DNA from: an uncultured Eubacteriales bacterium
GTDB taxonomy: Bacteria; Acidobacteriota; Aminicenantia; Aminicenantales; Aminicenantaceae
DNA: 64,000 nt
Reading direction: 5' to 3'
Assembly: GCA_964406575.1 (NCBI GenBank)
Contig: CAYOSH010000022.1
Location: 2,740 to 66,739 of the forward strand
Notes under the pieces: model-generated
Databases searched by the model: none
What the model saw: only the letters and a program-made list of their open reading frames with translations
Told to the model about the DNA's origin: nothing
Shown: positions 49,208-59,016 of the stretch, in pieces
Layout: each line of letters opens with the position of its first letter
Position numbering within the stretch: the first letter of the stretch is position 1
Position numbers and translations under genes: made by a program

Positions 49208-50593
49208 ATGAAGAAAATCAGAACAAGAATGGGAGATGGTTCCCTTGTGGAGCTCACCGAAGACGAATTGAAGCGAGAGTTCGAAGAAGGAACTCGAGAT
49301 GCAGCCGACAGGGGGAAAATCCCAGCCCTCACACAAAATGAGCTGGATCATCTCTTCGACATCTACAGCTCTCCATCGCGACCAGTTGGAGTTGAAATGG
49401 GAAATGAAGTCATTTTTACTTATGACTCGACATGCGGTGAAGTCCAGCGCACACTCACCCCGATCGACAGGACCCAATCGCTCCAACTGTTCGAAAGAAT
49501 GCTGGGTGCCGATACAGTAGAACTCGGTCACAACGATTACAGCTTCAAAGCGGTCAAGCCTGTCATCAGCTATGAGCGGACAGTCCTGGAGCAAGCTCTA
49601 CTAGTCACAACTGTACCTGTACTCTACGGGGCCATGCCCAATCTAGGGCTGTACTACCGGCCAGAGGGTCCGGTTCAGAACCCATCCGAGCTCATGGCTT
49701 CGGGAACAATCGACGAAGCCAGAGAGGCGCATGAAGAAGCCATCGAGTATGCGGTCAAAGATATGGTTTATGTGGCCAGCGAGCTGTATGAATCAGGCGT
49801 GGACGCCATCGACTTCGATACGACAGGTTCTGCCGGTGATCCAGACTTTCTAGCCGCTTTGCGGGCGGTGGAGATCCTGAAGGGGAAGTATCCGGACCTT
49901 TGTGTGGAGATGGGCATGTCGGGGGAATTTGTCCTAGGGATGCATGGAGGCTTGACTTACGATGATATTAGACTGGCGGGATTGTATCCTCATCAACAAG
50001 TCCAGCTTGCAGAGAAGGCGGGAGTCACGATTTTCGGACCCGTTATTAACACGAATACCAGCAAGACCTGCGCATGGAATGTCGCGCGTGTCGTAACCTT
50101 CCTTAAATTTTGTGTAGAACAATCGAACATTCCAGTGCACGCAAACATGGGAATGGGGGTCGGCGGATTACCTGTGACGCCCTATGTCCCTATTGATGCA
50201 GTCTCGAGAGCGTCCCAAGCCGTGGTTGAGATCACGCGTCTCGACGGGTTGTAGGTGGGCGTGGGAGACATTCTCGGCATGGCTGCGACTCACGCGATTG
50301 CGTCGGGCATGGGCGGGATGCGCACCGCCGGAGATCTGGTGGCGCGCATGCAAATGTCCCGGGGTATGAGACTCAAGGAAGCCAAAGAGTACGTGGCTGG
50401 CAAACTGAACCTTTCACTCATTGAACTCAGCGATCCGCTCGTGATGTCTGAGCGCAGAGAGGACCTCAAGCTGGGATTGATCAATCCCCCACCCAACTAT
50501 GTCAAGGGCATCGAGGCCAAGTTCCACATTGCAGAACTACTGGGAGTCGAGATCAACTCCCTCCGGCGGTTCAGAGAAAAAATCAAAATTTGA
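49208..50593 (+). CDS. mtbB: Dimethylamine:corrinoid methyltransferase containing pyrrolysine (461 aa, Pyl at codon 349)
   Basis: RMGDG N-terminus, DYSFK.VKP, YGAMPNLGLY, FDTTGSAGD and HANMGMGVGG. The in-frame TAG at 50252-50254 falls in RLDGL-O-VGVGD, matching the conserved DGI-O-IGVGD of MtbB. Homology continues after it (AGDLVARMQ, KGIEAK). Confidence 0.96.
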
Positions 50594-50694
50594 TCAGTCA
50601 TCGAAAATGACCGATTTTTTGATGTGAGTGTGTTCGTGCATTTATCTAAGATCGCAGCCTTTTTTGGCCATGCGACAGAAAGCGAGGGAGAATT

Positions 50695-52410
50695 ATGCGA
50701 AAACGTTTTTTCCTCTTCGGGTGTCTTTTAGCTTGGAGTTTTCTTTTCTTATGCTGTGGTTCTGTCAAGAAAGATTTCGAAATCCTGATTGTGAAAGGGA
50801 CTATAGTTGATGGTTCGGGAAAACCGGGTTTTCAAGGAGACATTGGCATATCCGGAGATACAATTGTCGCTGTCGGTGACCTGTCGGGGAAAACGGCTCA
50901 TCGCACAATCGACGCAGAGAACCGCATAGCTTCTCCGGGATTCATCGACATGCATACGCACTGCGATGGAGGTTTGGGGGAACAAGAGTCATGTGCGAAT
51001 TTGAATTACCTGATTCAGGGAACAACAACCGTTGTAACGGGCAACTGCGGAGGTGGCACCTACAATATTGCAGAGACAAAAGCTGAATGGGAGCTCCAGG
51101 GCATAGGTACAAATGCGATTCATCTCATCGGATTTGGTGACGTCCGGCAGGCCGTTTTGGGCAATGAGCCGCGCGACCCCACTCCTCAGGAGCTTGAGGA
51201 AATGAAAGCCATCGTGCGCCGGGGGATGCAAGAGGGAGCCTGGGGAATGAGTACGGGCCTTGAGTATATCCCTGACATGTATGCGACGACAGAGGAGATT
51301 ATTGCCGTCACGCATGTTGTCTCCGAATTTGGCGGCATTTATGCGAGTCACCAGAGAAACGAAGTGGCCCGCGTACCGGACGCGACCAGAGAGAGCATCA
51401 GGATTGCCAAAGAGACAGGAGTCCGGGTCAATATCTCACATCTTAAAATCTGCGGAAAGAATAACTGGGGGATGATGGACGAAGTCATTCAAGTGATCAA
51501 TGAGGCAAGAGACAACGGGATCACAATCACAGCAGATATGTATCCTTACGATAAAGCTGCGACAGGGCCTCTTATCGCTATTGCGACTAACTCCGGCTGG
51601 TCGTGCTTCCGGCTTCCCGAAGAGATGCAGCCATTTGCGGCACTCAGAGAAAAAATGAAAAATGAAATGTTGACGGAAGAAGAAAGGGCCGATTTGAAAC
51701 GGCAATATATCGAAGAACTCGAAAAAGCGCTTTCCGATAAAGCCAAACGGGACGAGATCAGGAAATCGGTGCTCTTCGGAGTTCCTCACAATCCAAGCCC
51801 TGTTGCCGTGTCGGGTTGGGATAGCTATGCAGTCGTCGCCGCGAGGAAAAACACTCACCTGATCGATAAAATCATCTCTGACCTCGCACTCGAACAGCAG
51901 AGAGATGCTTTCGACATAGCGGCTGAATTGGTCGTGGAAGAACCTGACCTGTACCTCTCCTGTGGCGCGCTGTCTGACGAAGACATGAAAAAATTGATGA
52001 CATACGACTGGTTGATGTTTTCCAGCGATGGAGGGGCTTACCCGGTACCGGACAAAGCAGACAGCCCCAAACCGGGCCATCCTCGGAGTTTCGGCAGTCA
52101 AGCAAGGGTTCTTCGTAAGTACGTGCGAGAGGAGGAGGTTTTGCGATTGGAAGAAGCCGTCCGGAAAATGACATCTCTCCCAGCCCAATTCCTCCAGTTA
52201 AAGGACAGAGGTTTGCTCATGGAGGGATACAAAGCGGATGTGATTGTGTTCGATCCTAAAACCATCAAGGATAACGCCACGTACGCAAATCCGAAGCAGT
52301 ATAGTACTGGTACGGATTTTGTCCTGGTTAACGGTGAAATCAGTGTCGAAAGAGGAAAATACACAGGCTCTCGCAACGGTAATCTGCTGCTTCTGACAGA
52401 AAATCGATAG
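50695..52410 (+). CDS. N-acyl-D-amino-acid deacylase family amidohydrolase, exported
   Basis: PGFIDMHTH, GNCG, MSTGLEY, SHLK, SSDG, HPRSFG and AVRKMTSLPA. N-terminal signal, possibly a lipoprotein. Confidence 0.9.
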   Translation: MRKRFFLFGCLLAWSFLFLCCGSVKKDFEILIVKGTIVDGSGKPGFQGDIGISGDTIVAVGDLSGKTAHRTIDAENRIASPGFIDMHTHCDGGLGEQESCANLNYLIQGTTTVVTGNCGGGTYNIAETKAEWELQGIGTNAIHLIGFGDVRQAVLGNEPRDPTPQELEEMKAIVRRGMQEGAWGMSTGLEYIPDMYATTEEIIAVTHVVSEFGGIYASHQRNEVARVPDATRESIRIAKETGVRVNISHLKICGKNNWGMMDEVIQVINEARDNGITITADMYPYDKAATGPLIAIATNSGWSCFRLPEEMQPFAALREKMKNEMLTEEERADLKRQYIEELEKALSDKAKRDEIRKSVLFGVPHNPSPVAVSGWDSYAVVAARKNTHLIDKIISDLALEQQRDAFDIAAELVVEEPDLYLSCGALSDEDMKKLMTYDWLMFSSDGGAYPVPDKADSPKPGHPRSFGSQARVLRKYVREEEVLRLEEAVRKMTSLPAQFLQLKDRGLLMEGYKADVIVFDPKTIKDNATYANPKQYSTGTDFVLVNGEISVERGKYTGSRNGNLLLLTENR

Positions 52411-52423
52411 TGTTAGCGATTAT

Positions 52424-53530
52424 TCAGTGCGTAACGAATACAGTCTCTATACTCTCAGAAGTACAGGCCGCAAGTAAACCTGTGTAGTCGACTTCAAAAG
52501 CGATGAGATCTCCGACCCGATAATCTTTGTCAGAGCTTTCGATGTTGATTATCGTATGATCGAACGTCTGCCCAAGAATTTCAATTTTTGGATCCACAGG
52601 CCAGATATTTGCCGATGAGACATCCTGATACCCCAGAGCTAAAAGAGCACGTTTACGGTCTCCCCGGTCAACAAAAGTTTTGGACCTCATAAAAGTGTCG
52701 AAGCCGAGTTCACCGAACGGAACTGTGGGTTTACGGTTGACTTCGATGATTTCTGCCTTCAGGACGTACAGGTTTGAAACCACTCGGTTGACATCCATAT
52801 CTGAATGATAAAATCCCTCCAGATATTTGACATCCACATACTCAATCCCGAACTGATGCAAAGCGCCGATGCGAAGATGATTGATTCCCTCAGGCCATGT
52901 TCCTTTCTCGATCAAGTGATAACTCGTACAGTTTCCCCCAGATAGGTATCTGAATTCTATCCCGAGTTTGGCATCAAGCTCACGCGCGATTCGGACGAAC
53001 ATCCTTCCGTTCTCCAAAGTAGGCAGAACACTTCCATAGCAGTTAAAGTTGGTTCCCAACCCATATAACTCCAGGTTAGGTAGCTCCAGGATTTGTTTTA
53101 CAGCTTCTTCCAGATAGTTGCGATTTTCGAACCATATGCCCTCGCGGATATCGCCCATATCAACCATAAGAAGAACTTGGTGGGCCCGTTTTTGTTTAAC
53201 AGCCTCCTTTGATAGAGACTGTATTACTTCGACCTCAGAATTCAGAGAGATATCGGCAAATTTTACGACCTCTTCGATTTCTCCGGGAGATGGAGTGCGC
53301 AGAAGACATTTTTGGCATTTCAGGCTCTGCAATTTTCTTAAATTATAAATCCGGGACTCAGCCACAACATCCATCCCCGCTTTCACGATGGCTTCAGCCG
53401 TTTCATAAAGGCCGTTGAATACTTTATTGACTCCCATAACCGTCACGCCATATTCGGCAAGCTTCTGAAGTTCCAAACGAGCATTGTGTTCCAGTTTGCC
53501 CAGATTGATTTCCAGCTTTGGATAATTCAT
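52424..53530 (-). CDS. Alanine/ornithine racemase-family PLP enzyme (Orr-like)
   Basis: YPKLEINLGKLEHN, GVNK (PLP lysine), AESR, DISLNSE, MVDMGDIREG, SGGN and INHLRIG. Confidence 0.85.
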   Translation of the reverse strand: MNYPKLEINLGKLEHNARLELQKLAEYGVTVMGVNKVFNGLYETAEAIVKAGMDVVAESRIYNLRKLQSLKCQKCLLRTPSPGEIEEVVKFADISLNSEVEVIQSLSKEAVKQKRAHQVLLMVDMGDIREGIWFENRNYLEEAVKQILELPNLELYGLGTNFNCYGSVLPTLENGRMFVRIARELDAKLGIEFRYLSGGNCTSYHLIEKGTWPEGINHLRIGALHQFGIEYVDVKYLEGFYHSDMDVNRVVSNLYVLKAEIIEVNRKPTVPFGELGFDTFMRSKTFVDRGDRKRALLALGYQDVSSANIWPVDPKIEILGQTFDHTIINIESSDKDYRVGDLIAFEVDYTGLLAACTSESIETVFVTH

Positions 53531-53695
53531 TCCTTTGATCTCCTGTATAACATATATATAGGTCCAATTCTTTTTAGCTCAGAATCATCTCTAAAAGGAC
53601 ACGCGGATCTTATTACATAAAATATCTTTTCCACCAGGGGGATTTGTATGTTCTTTGAAGATTAATAGCACATTTATTATTGCATAAACAACTTG

Positions 53696-53728
53696 AAAAA
53701 AAAGGGGAAGCTTGCGGGCTTCCCCTTT
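53696..53728 (-). terminator. Rho-independent terminator of the TonB-dependent receptor gene
   Basis: Hairpin AAAGGGGAAGC-N6-GCTTCCCCTTT with an A-run that reads as a U-tract on the minus strand. Confidence 0.85.
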
Positions 53729-53750
53729 GTTTGTAAACGGCTTGAGCTAT

Positions 53751-56435
53751 TTAGAAAACGAGACGAATACCTAACTGAGCTCTCCTGGGTAAAACGTAAC
53801 CTGATGGTGCCAAGTAGGCGTCGCTGGCTGCATTAGTTTCGGCGACGTAGTAGTAGTAGTCGGCATTAAAGATGTTCCATACGTCTATCAAGAGTTTTAA
53901 TCTCGTTTGTTTCCAGAGTCTAAATTCCTTTTCCAGTCTCATATCCAAATATGTGGGGTTCGGATATCTTTGGCTGCCTCTTTCTTCAGCTGCTATCATT
54001 CGACGTCCCTGATTCAGCTGTACCGCTACTTCGCGGTTAAAAGGTCTCCCTTGCTCATAAGAAAAATAGGCGCTGAGCATTATTCCATAAGGAAAGATAT
54101 AGGTTCCACTGATCTTGAACTGATATTCCCGGTCATAATAGCCCGGGACTCCGTACATATTGATTAAATTGTTCGGATCGCTAAAGCCAACGGGGTACTC
54201 CCGTGACTTAGACAAGGTCAAACTCCCATCCACCTGCCAGTTGTTGGAGAGGCGCTTCCTGAAAGCTAAAATTAACGCTTTATAATTAGAAGAATTACCT
54301 GGATTGGTGGTTACATAGAAATTGTCATCAGTGCTGTTTGTCTGATTGTAGACCTGAATGACTTGGTCCCCATATTCATCATAGTAATCTATAAGCTCAT
54401 ATTCTCCACCAGTATTCTGCGTGGTGACAATATCCTTTGATTCCTTATAGATACCAGTTAAAGAAAGAGAGAATTCAGGGAATATTTCCCTTTCAATTCC
54501 TACGGAAAATTCGTCAGAATACGGATTTTTCATATTCCGGTCAAACCCTCTATTAGCAATGGGATCTATGTGTTGCCATAGATAATCGTATTCACCTGTG
54601 TCCCAGTTGTATCCATACCAGTATCTATCGGATTTCGATGGGGCGCTACTATAAAAGACATTCAGAAGCATATGGCCATAATACCGACCATAGCTTGCTT
54701 TCAATATTGTTTTCCTATCCGCAGTCAATTGGTAAACAAGTCCCAGCCGTGGCGAAAATGTATCCCATCTGAGAAGGTCCATATCCGCCGGAAATGTTTC
54801 TCCTGTTGGATTTGCGTTTTCATCCAGTTTACTGTACTCGGGGTAGCCGCCTCGAGTGCGATCAAATCTGACACCCAAGTTCAAGGTTAAGCGGTTATGA
54901 ATAACCCAACTATCGTCGAGAAAGGCACTGATTCTGTTGGCAACTCCTCCATATTCTTCTGGCAGCATAAAATAAGCATAATAAGGATACCCATCCCAAT
55001 CGTAATAATACACGTTGCTGTGGTAGCCCCATTTCCATCCAGCCCAGCTGTGGTTGTAAATAACCCCAAATTTGAATTCGTGGTCGCCCAGGAGAAAATC
55101 GTCAGCAAAATGGGAAACTGTGCCCTGGATTTGATGCTGGCCGGTGGGCCAGTCACCCCACCATCTAGAGTTTCCTGAAGTTATCCCAGTTGCAGCATCA
55201 TAATGTTGAGGAGTTACCATGTCTCCATCTGCAGCTCTAGTTAAGAGAGTAACCCACCATCCGCTATATTTGATCTCAAAGAATGTATTTTGACTGAGGA
55301 TTGAAGTCCAGGAGGCGCTTGGTAGAGGATTCCAGGATTGTTCAGACGACACGGCTTCATAAGAAGTATATGCATTAGGCGTATCTTCCCATCTATACCA
55401 GTTGACGTCACATGAAAAGGTGAACTTATTATTTTTATTGATCTGCCAGTCAAGTCTCCCGAACGTAGTATTTAGGCGATATTTTGCAGCTCCAAAAGCC
55501 GGATCGGCCCCCACTCCAACCGATCTATCAGTCATGACCTGTCCGGCAAGAAAAAACCAGAGTTTATCCTTTATTATGGGACCCCCTATGGTACCAGTAA
55601 GCTCTCTATACGCATCGACATAGAAAGGAAATTCTTCGTCGGGTGTATTATTTCCTGTTAACCAGTTTGCACGATAATAAAAATTGAGATTGCCACTAAA
55701 TGTATTGGAACCAGTTTTGCTGACGAGGTTGACAACCATACCCTGAAAGTTTCCATATTCAGCCGGAGCTCCTGATACGATAACATCTATTTCTTCGATC
55801 TGATCGGGATTCGCCCATAACCAGGAACCTGCGTTTTCTGGATTGGTGGTTTCTACCCCTTCAAAGTAATAGGTGTTTGCGGTGTCACTAGATCCCATGG
55901 CCGATTGCCAATTATTCGAGTGGTCTCCTGATGAGCTTGAGATGCCTGGCGTTGTTCCCACATAATCGAAAAAGGTAAAACGGCGCATTGGGAGGACCTC
56001 CATCAGTTCTGAGTTGATATTGGTGGAGAGTTCCGACTTTTGCACATCCACCATGGGAGATTCCGCTGATACTGTGACGGTCTCCTCTAAGCTGGCCAAA
56101 TTTAAGATCACATCCACTGTAGTCGTTCCACCAATGTCTACCTTGAGTTTTGTTCTTTTGGCAGTCTGGAAGCCTTCCATTGTAACGGTTACCTCATATT
56201 CTCCAGGCATAAGGTTTGGAAACCTGAACTTCCCTTCATCATTAGTTATAATAGAACGCAGGCCCCCCATAAGCTTCTCACCTGATAGTTCGACTGTGGC
56301 GCCCGGCAAAAACTCTCCTTCTGTATCTGCGACCGTCCCTTTTATGCTTCCGGTTCTTATCTGAGCATAGCTCATACTACCCATGAGTAAAAAAACTGCA
56401 ACAATAGCGATCATTGATACGATTGTTCTTCTCAT
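53751..56435 (-). CDS. TonB-dependent receptor, Oar-like (paralogue of 20985-23717)
   Basis: ATG 56435 after AGGAGG, signal peptide, APAEYGNFQG and C-terminal QLGIRLVF. Confidence 0.93.
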   Translation of the reverse strand: MRRTIVSMIAIVAVFLLMGSMSYAQIRTGSIKGTVADTEGEFLPGATVELSGEKLMGGLRSIITNDEGKFRFPNLMPGEYEVTVTMEGFQTAKRTKLKVDIGGTTTVDVILNLASLEETVTVSAESPMVDVQKSELSTNINSELMEVLPMRRFTFFDYVGTTPGISSSSGDHSNNWQSAMGSSDTANTYYFEGVETTNPENAGSWLWANPDQIEEIDVIVSGAPAEYGNFQGMVVNLVSKTGSNTFSGNLNFYYRANWLTGNNTPDEEFPFYVDAYRELTGTIGGPIIKDKLWFFLAGQVMTDRSVGVGADPAFGAAKYRLNTTFGRLDWQINKNNKFTFSCDVNWYRWEDTPNAYTSYEAVSSEQSWNPLPSASWTSILSQNTFFEIKYSGWWVTLLTRAADGDMVTPQHYDAATGITSGNSRWWGDWPTGQHQIQGTVSHFADDFLLGDHEFKFGVIYNHSWAGWKWGYHSNVYYYDWDGYPYYAYFMLPEEYGGVANRISAFLDDSWVIHNRLTLNLGVRFDRTRGGYPEYSKLDENANPTGETFPADMDLLRWDTFSPRLGLVYQLTADRKTILKASYGRYYGHMLLNVFYSSAPSKSDRYWYGYNWDTGEYDYLWQHIDPIANRGFDRNMKNPYSDEFSVGIEREIFPEFSLSLTGIYKESKDIVTTQNTGGEYELIDYYDEYGDQVIQVYNQTNSTDDNFYVTTNPGNSSNYKALILAFRKRLSNNWQVDGSLTLSKSREYPVGFSDPNNLINMYGVPGYYDREYQFKISGTYIFPYGIMLSAYFSYEQGRPFNREVAVQLNQGRRMIAAEERGSQRYPNPTYLDMRLEKEFRLWKQTRLKLLIDVWNIFNADYYYYVAETNAASDAYLAPSGYVLPRRAQLGIRLVF

Positions 56436-56547
56436 TATTCTCCTCCTTTTATTTTTTTTGCGCATTGATGATAGAATTTGTCTCTTATTTTCTTTTTTCA
56501 TTGGAAAAATAAGATTCTTTTCATCAAAATCCTTTGCTTATGTTTTT

Positions 56548-56576
56548 AGATTATTTTATAAAATTGGCATTGTCAA
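56548..56576 (-). promoter_or_regulatory. Candidate sigma70 promoter of the second receptor
   Basis: Minus strand TTGACA-N17-TAATCT. Confidence 0.5.
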
Positions 56577-56598
56577 TATAAAAAAAATCTTTGTAGAT

Positions 56599-56720
56599 TT
56601 AATTTTTTTTCTTTTTTCTATGTTCCGGGATTTCCTGGTGGTTGCCGAAATATTTATCGCTGGGTGTGACATTATCCATGGCCTCATGGGAGCCGCGGTT
56701 GTTGTAATATTCAACCCATC
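56599..56720 (-). pseudogene. IS3/IS481-like transposase C-terminal remnant
   Basis: WVEYYNNRGSHEAMDNVTPSDKYFG resembles the YNxxRxHxxLxxxTPxxxY tail of the integrase core. No N-terminal part is present. Confidence 0.7.
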
Positions 56721-56879
56721 TGAATATCGTGAGTTCTGGCTGGAAGTAAAAAGACCAAAGCATCACTAATTCCATGAAGGAGTTCACTCATTTGCAATTT
56801 CTCTAATATTGATAATACAATGATTTATGAATTTGAGTGAGATAAATAAGTGAGATAAGCTCAATAAAATGACGGAAGA

Positions 56880-58970
56880 ATGAATATAATAAAAAAAAGC
56901 ATAGTCATTCTGTTCCTATCTTTACTGGCTTTCTCGCTGGAGGTTTCATCCGGAGTCAAATCAGAAGGCGAACTCCCTCCCCGATTTAAAAACTGGCTGG
57001 AAGAGGAGGTAAACTATATTATCACGCCTCTAGAGAAAGAGGTTTTTCTCCAGCTTCAGACAGATCGAGAAAGAGATTTTTTTATGGAAGCATTTTGGAA
57101 ACACAGGGATCCAACGTCTGGAACGCCAGAAAATGAATTCAAGGAAGAGCATTATCGCCGCATCAATTATGCCAATTTTCATTTCGGGAGAGATGTCCCC
57201 TGGCCCGGCTGGAAAACCGACCGGGGAAGGATTTATATCATTCTTGGTGAACCCAGGGGTATCGATCATTACACCGGCGAAACTCAGATATATAACAGTG
57301 AAGTCTGGTTTTATCAAGGTTTAACCCAATACGGTCTTCCCTCCGGGTTCAATCTGATTTTTTATCAGAAAGATGGGGTGGGAGAGTATGTTTTATACAG
57401 CCCCAGTGCCGATGGCCCTAAGGCACTGCTCACATCCTATTATGGCGACCATGCGGATTATGTCCAAGCTTTCCAGGCTTTAAGGAAAATAAATCCCAGC
57501 CTGGCCAAAGTTTCTCTTTCCCTTATTCCCGGAGAATCAACCCTATATGGCCGCCCCTCGTTGGCTTCTGATATGCTGATCCAGAATATTTATACCGTTC
57601 CCCAAAAGGAATTGAAGGACAAATATGCCCAGACGTTTTTGGCTTATAAAGACAGAGTGGAAGTGGAATATTCGACCAATTACATAAACAATGATTCTTC
57701 GATCAAAATCCTTCAAAATCCTCCAGGAGTTTATTTTGTTCACTATGTTGTGGAAATCATGAAATTTTCATTGCAGCAGTATCAAGATAAATATTCCACC
57801 CATTTAAAAGTCAACGGAAATGTTTCCGATTCAGAGGGAAAAACAATTTATCAATATGAAGGCCCCATTTCTATAGAATTGGATGAAGACCAGCTTAAAA
57901 GCATCGCCTACAAGCCCTTCGCTATTTATGATATGTTCCCTTTGGTTGCTGGCTCCTACAAATTTTCGCTCATCATAAAGAATGAAGTCTCTAAAGAATT
58001 CACCACAGTTGAAAAGGATATTATCATTCCTGAGGAAAATTCCGCACTGGGCATGAGTTCTTTGGTATTAGGTTATAAGATGGATCAGGCCTCTCCTGAG
58101 GCGCAGAATCTTAAGGCCTTCAAATTAGGCTCTTATCAAATCCTTCATCAACCTAAAAATATCTTCCGTCCACAAGATACACTCTTCCTGGCTTTCCAGA
58201 TCACTGGATTATCTTATGATTTGAGGCAAAAAGGTCAGTTGAAATATGAATTTTTCAAAGACGATGAGCCGTTTTTAAATTTCACCCAAAAAGTCAGCCA
58301 ATATGAAGGAGGGGTGAATTTTAAACAGGAATTCTCTCTCCAGGAATTTCCTCCAGACTACTACCGCCTTCATGTTGGGTTGTGGGATGGTGAACAGGAA
58401 ATCCTTTCTGAGGAAGAGAATTTCGGGATTTCCTCTGTCTCAGATTTCCCCCGCCCCTGGATTCATACCAAAACACTGCCGCCCCCAGATGACCCTGTCT
58501 ATTCCTTCCTGCTGGGAAAGCAGCTGTTAAGCAAGGGCGAAGTCAATAAAGCACAGGCCAGATTAGAGGAAGCTTTCCGGAAGAAACCCGATTCCTTAGA
58601 TTTTGCCCTGAACCTGGCCCAAGTCTATTCTGTTCAAAAAAAATACCAACAGGTTAAGCAGGTACTGATGGCTTTCTCTGATGTGTCCGAGGTTCCTTAT
58701 CAACTCTATCTTCTTTTGGGAAACTCCCATCAGGCTCTGGGGGAATTCGATCAGGCCATTGCCCTCTACAACAAGGCTCTCTCCCAGTATGGGATAAATT
58801 CAAACCTTCTGAATTCAATAGGAGAATGTTTTTACCACTTGGGGATATGGGATGAAGCCCTGGCTGCATGGGAGAAATCACTGGAAATCAACGACCGTCA
58901 GCCTGATGTTGAGGCAAAGGTAAACACCCTGAAAAAAAAAGAAGTCGAACCAGCGACCTGTGGTGTTTAA
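56880..58970 (+). CDS. GWxTD domain protein with C-terminal TPRs
   Basis: FWKHRDP, EHYRRINYAN and GWKTDRGRIYIILGEP. TPR repeats at the C-terminus and a signal peptide. Confidence 0.92.
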   Translation: MNIIKKSIVILFLSLLAFSLEVSSGVKSEGELPPRFKNWLEEEVNYIITPLEKEVFLQLQTDRERDFFMEAFWKHRDPTSGTPENEFKEEHYRRINYANFHFGRDVPWPGWKTDRGRIYIILGEPRGIDHYTGETQIYNSEVWFYQGLTQYGLPSGFNLIFYQKDGVGEYVLYSPSADGPKALLTSYYGDHADYVQAFQALRKINPSLAKVSLSLIPGESTLYGRPSLASDMLIQNIYTVPQKELKDKYAQTFLAYKDRVEVEYSTNYINNDSSIKILQNPPGVYFVHYVVEIMKFSLQQYQDKYSTHLKVNGNVSDSEGKTIYQYEGPISIELDEDQLKSIAYKPFAIYDMFPLVAGSYKFSLIIKNEVSKEFTTVEKDIIIPEENSALGMSSLVLGYKMDQASPEAQNLKAFKLGSYQILHQPKNIFRPQDTLFLAFQITGLSYDLRQKGQLKYEFFKDDEPFLNFTQKVSQYEGGVNFKQEFSLQEFPPDYYRLHVGLWDGEQEILSEEENFGISSVSDFPRPWIHTKTLPPPDDPVYSFLLGKQLLSKGEVNKAQARLEEAFRKKPDSLDFALNLAQVYSVQKKYQQVKQVLMAFSDVSEVPYQLYLLLGNSHQALGEFDQAIALYNKALSQYGINSNLLNSIGECFYHLGIWDEALAAWEKSLEINDRQPDVEAKVNTLKKKEVEPATCGV

Positions 58971-59016
58971 GACCAACCAAACTTGGCTGTCATTTACTAA
59001 AAACGTTTCACAACCA

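Noticed and set aside
50255-50593. Separate 112-aa ORF or mtbB pseudogene
   Set aside because: It is the in-frame C-terminus of MtbB after the conserved Pyl amber codon, and the full Pyl machinery is adjacent.
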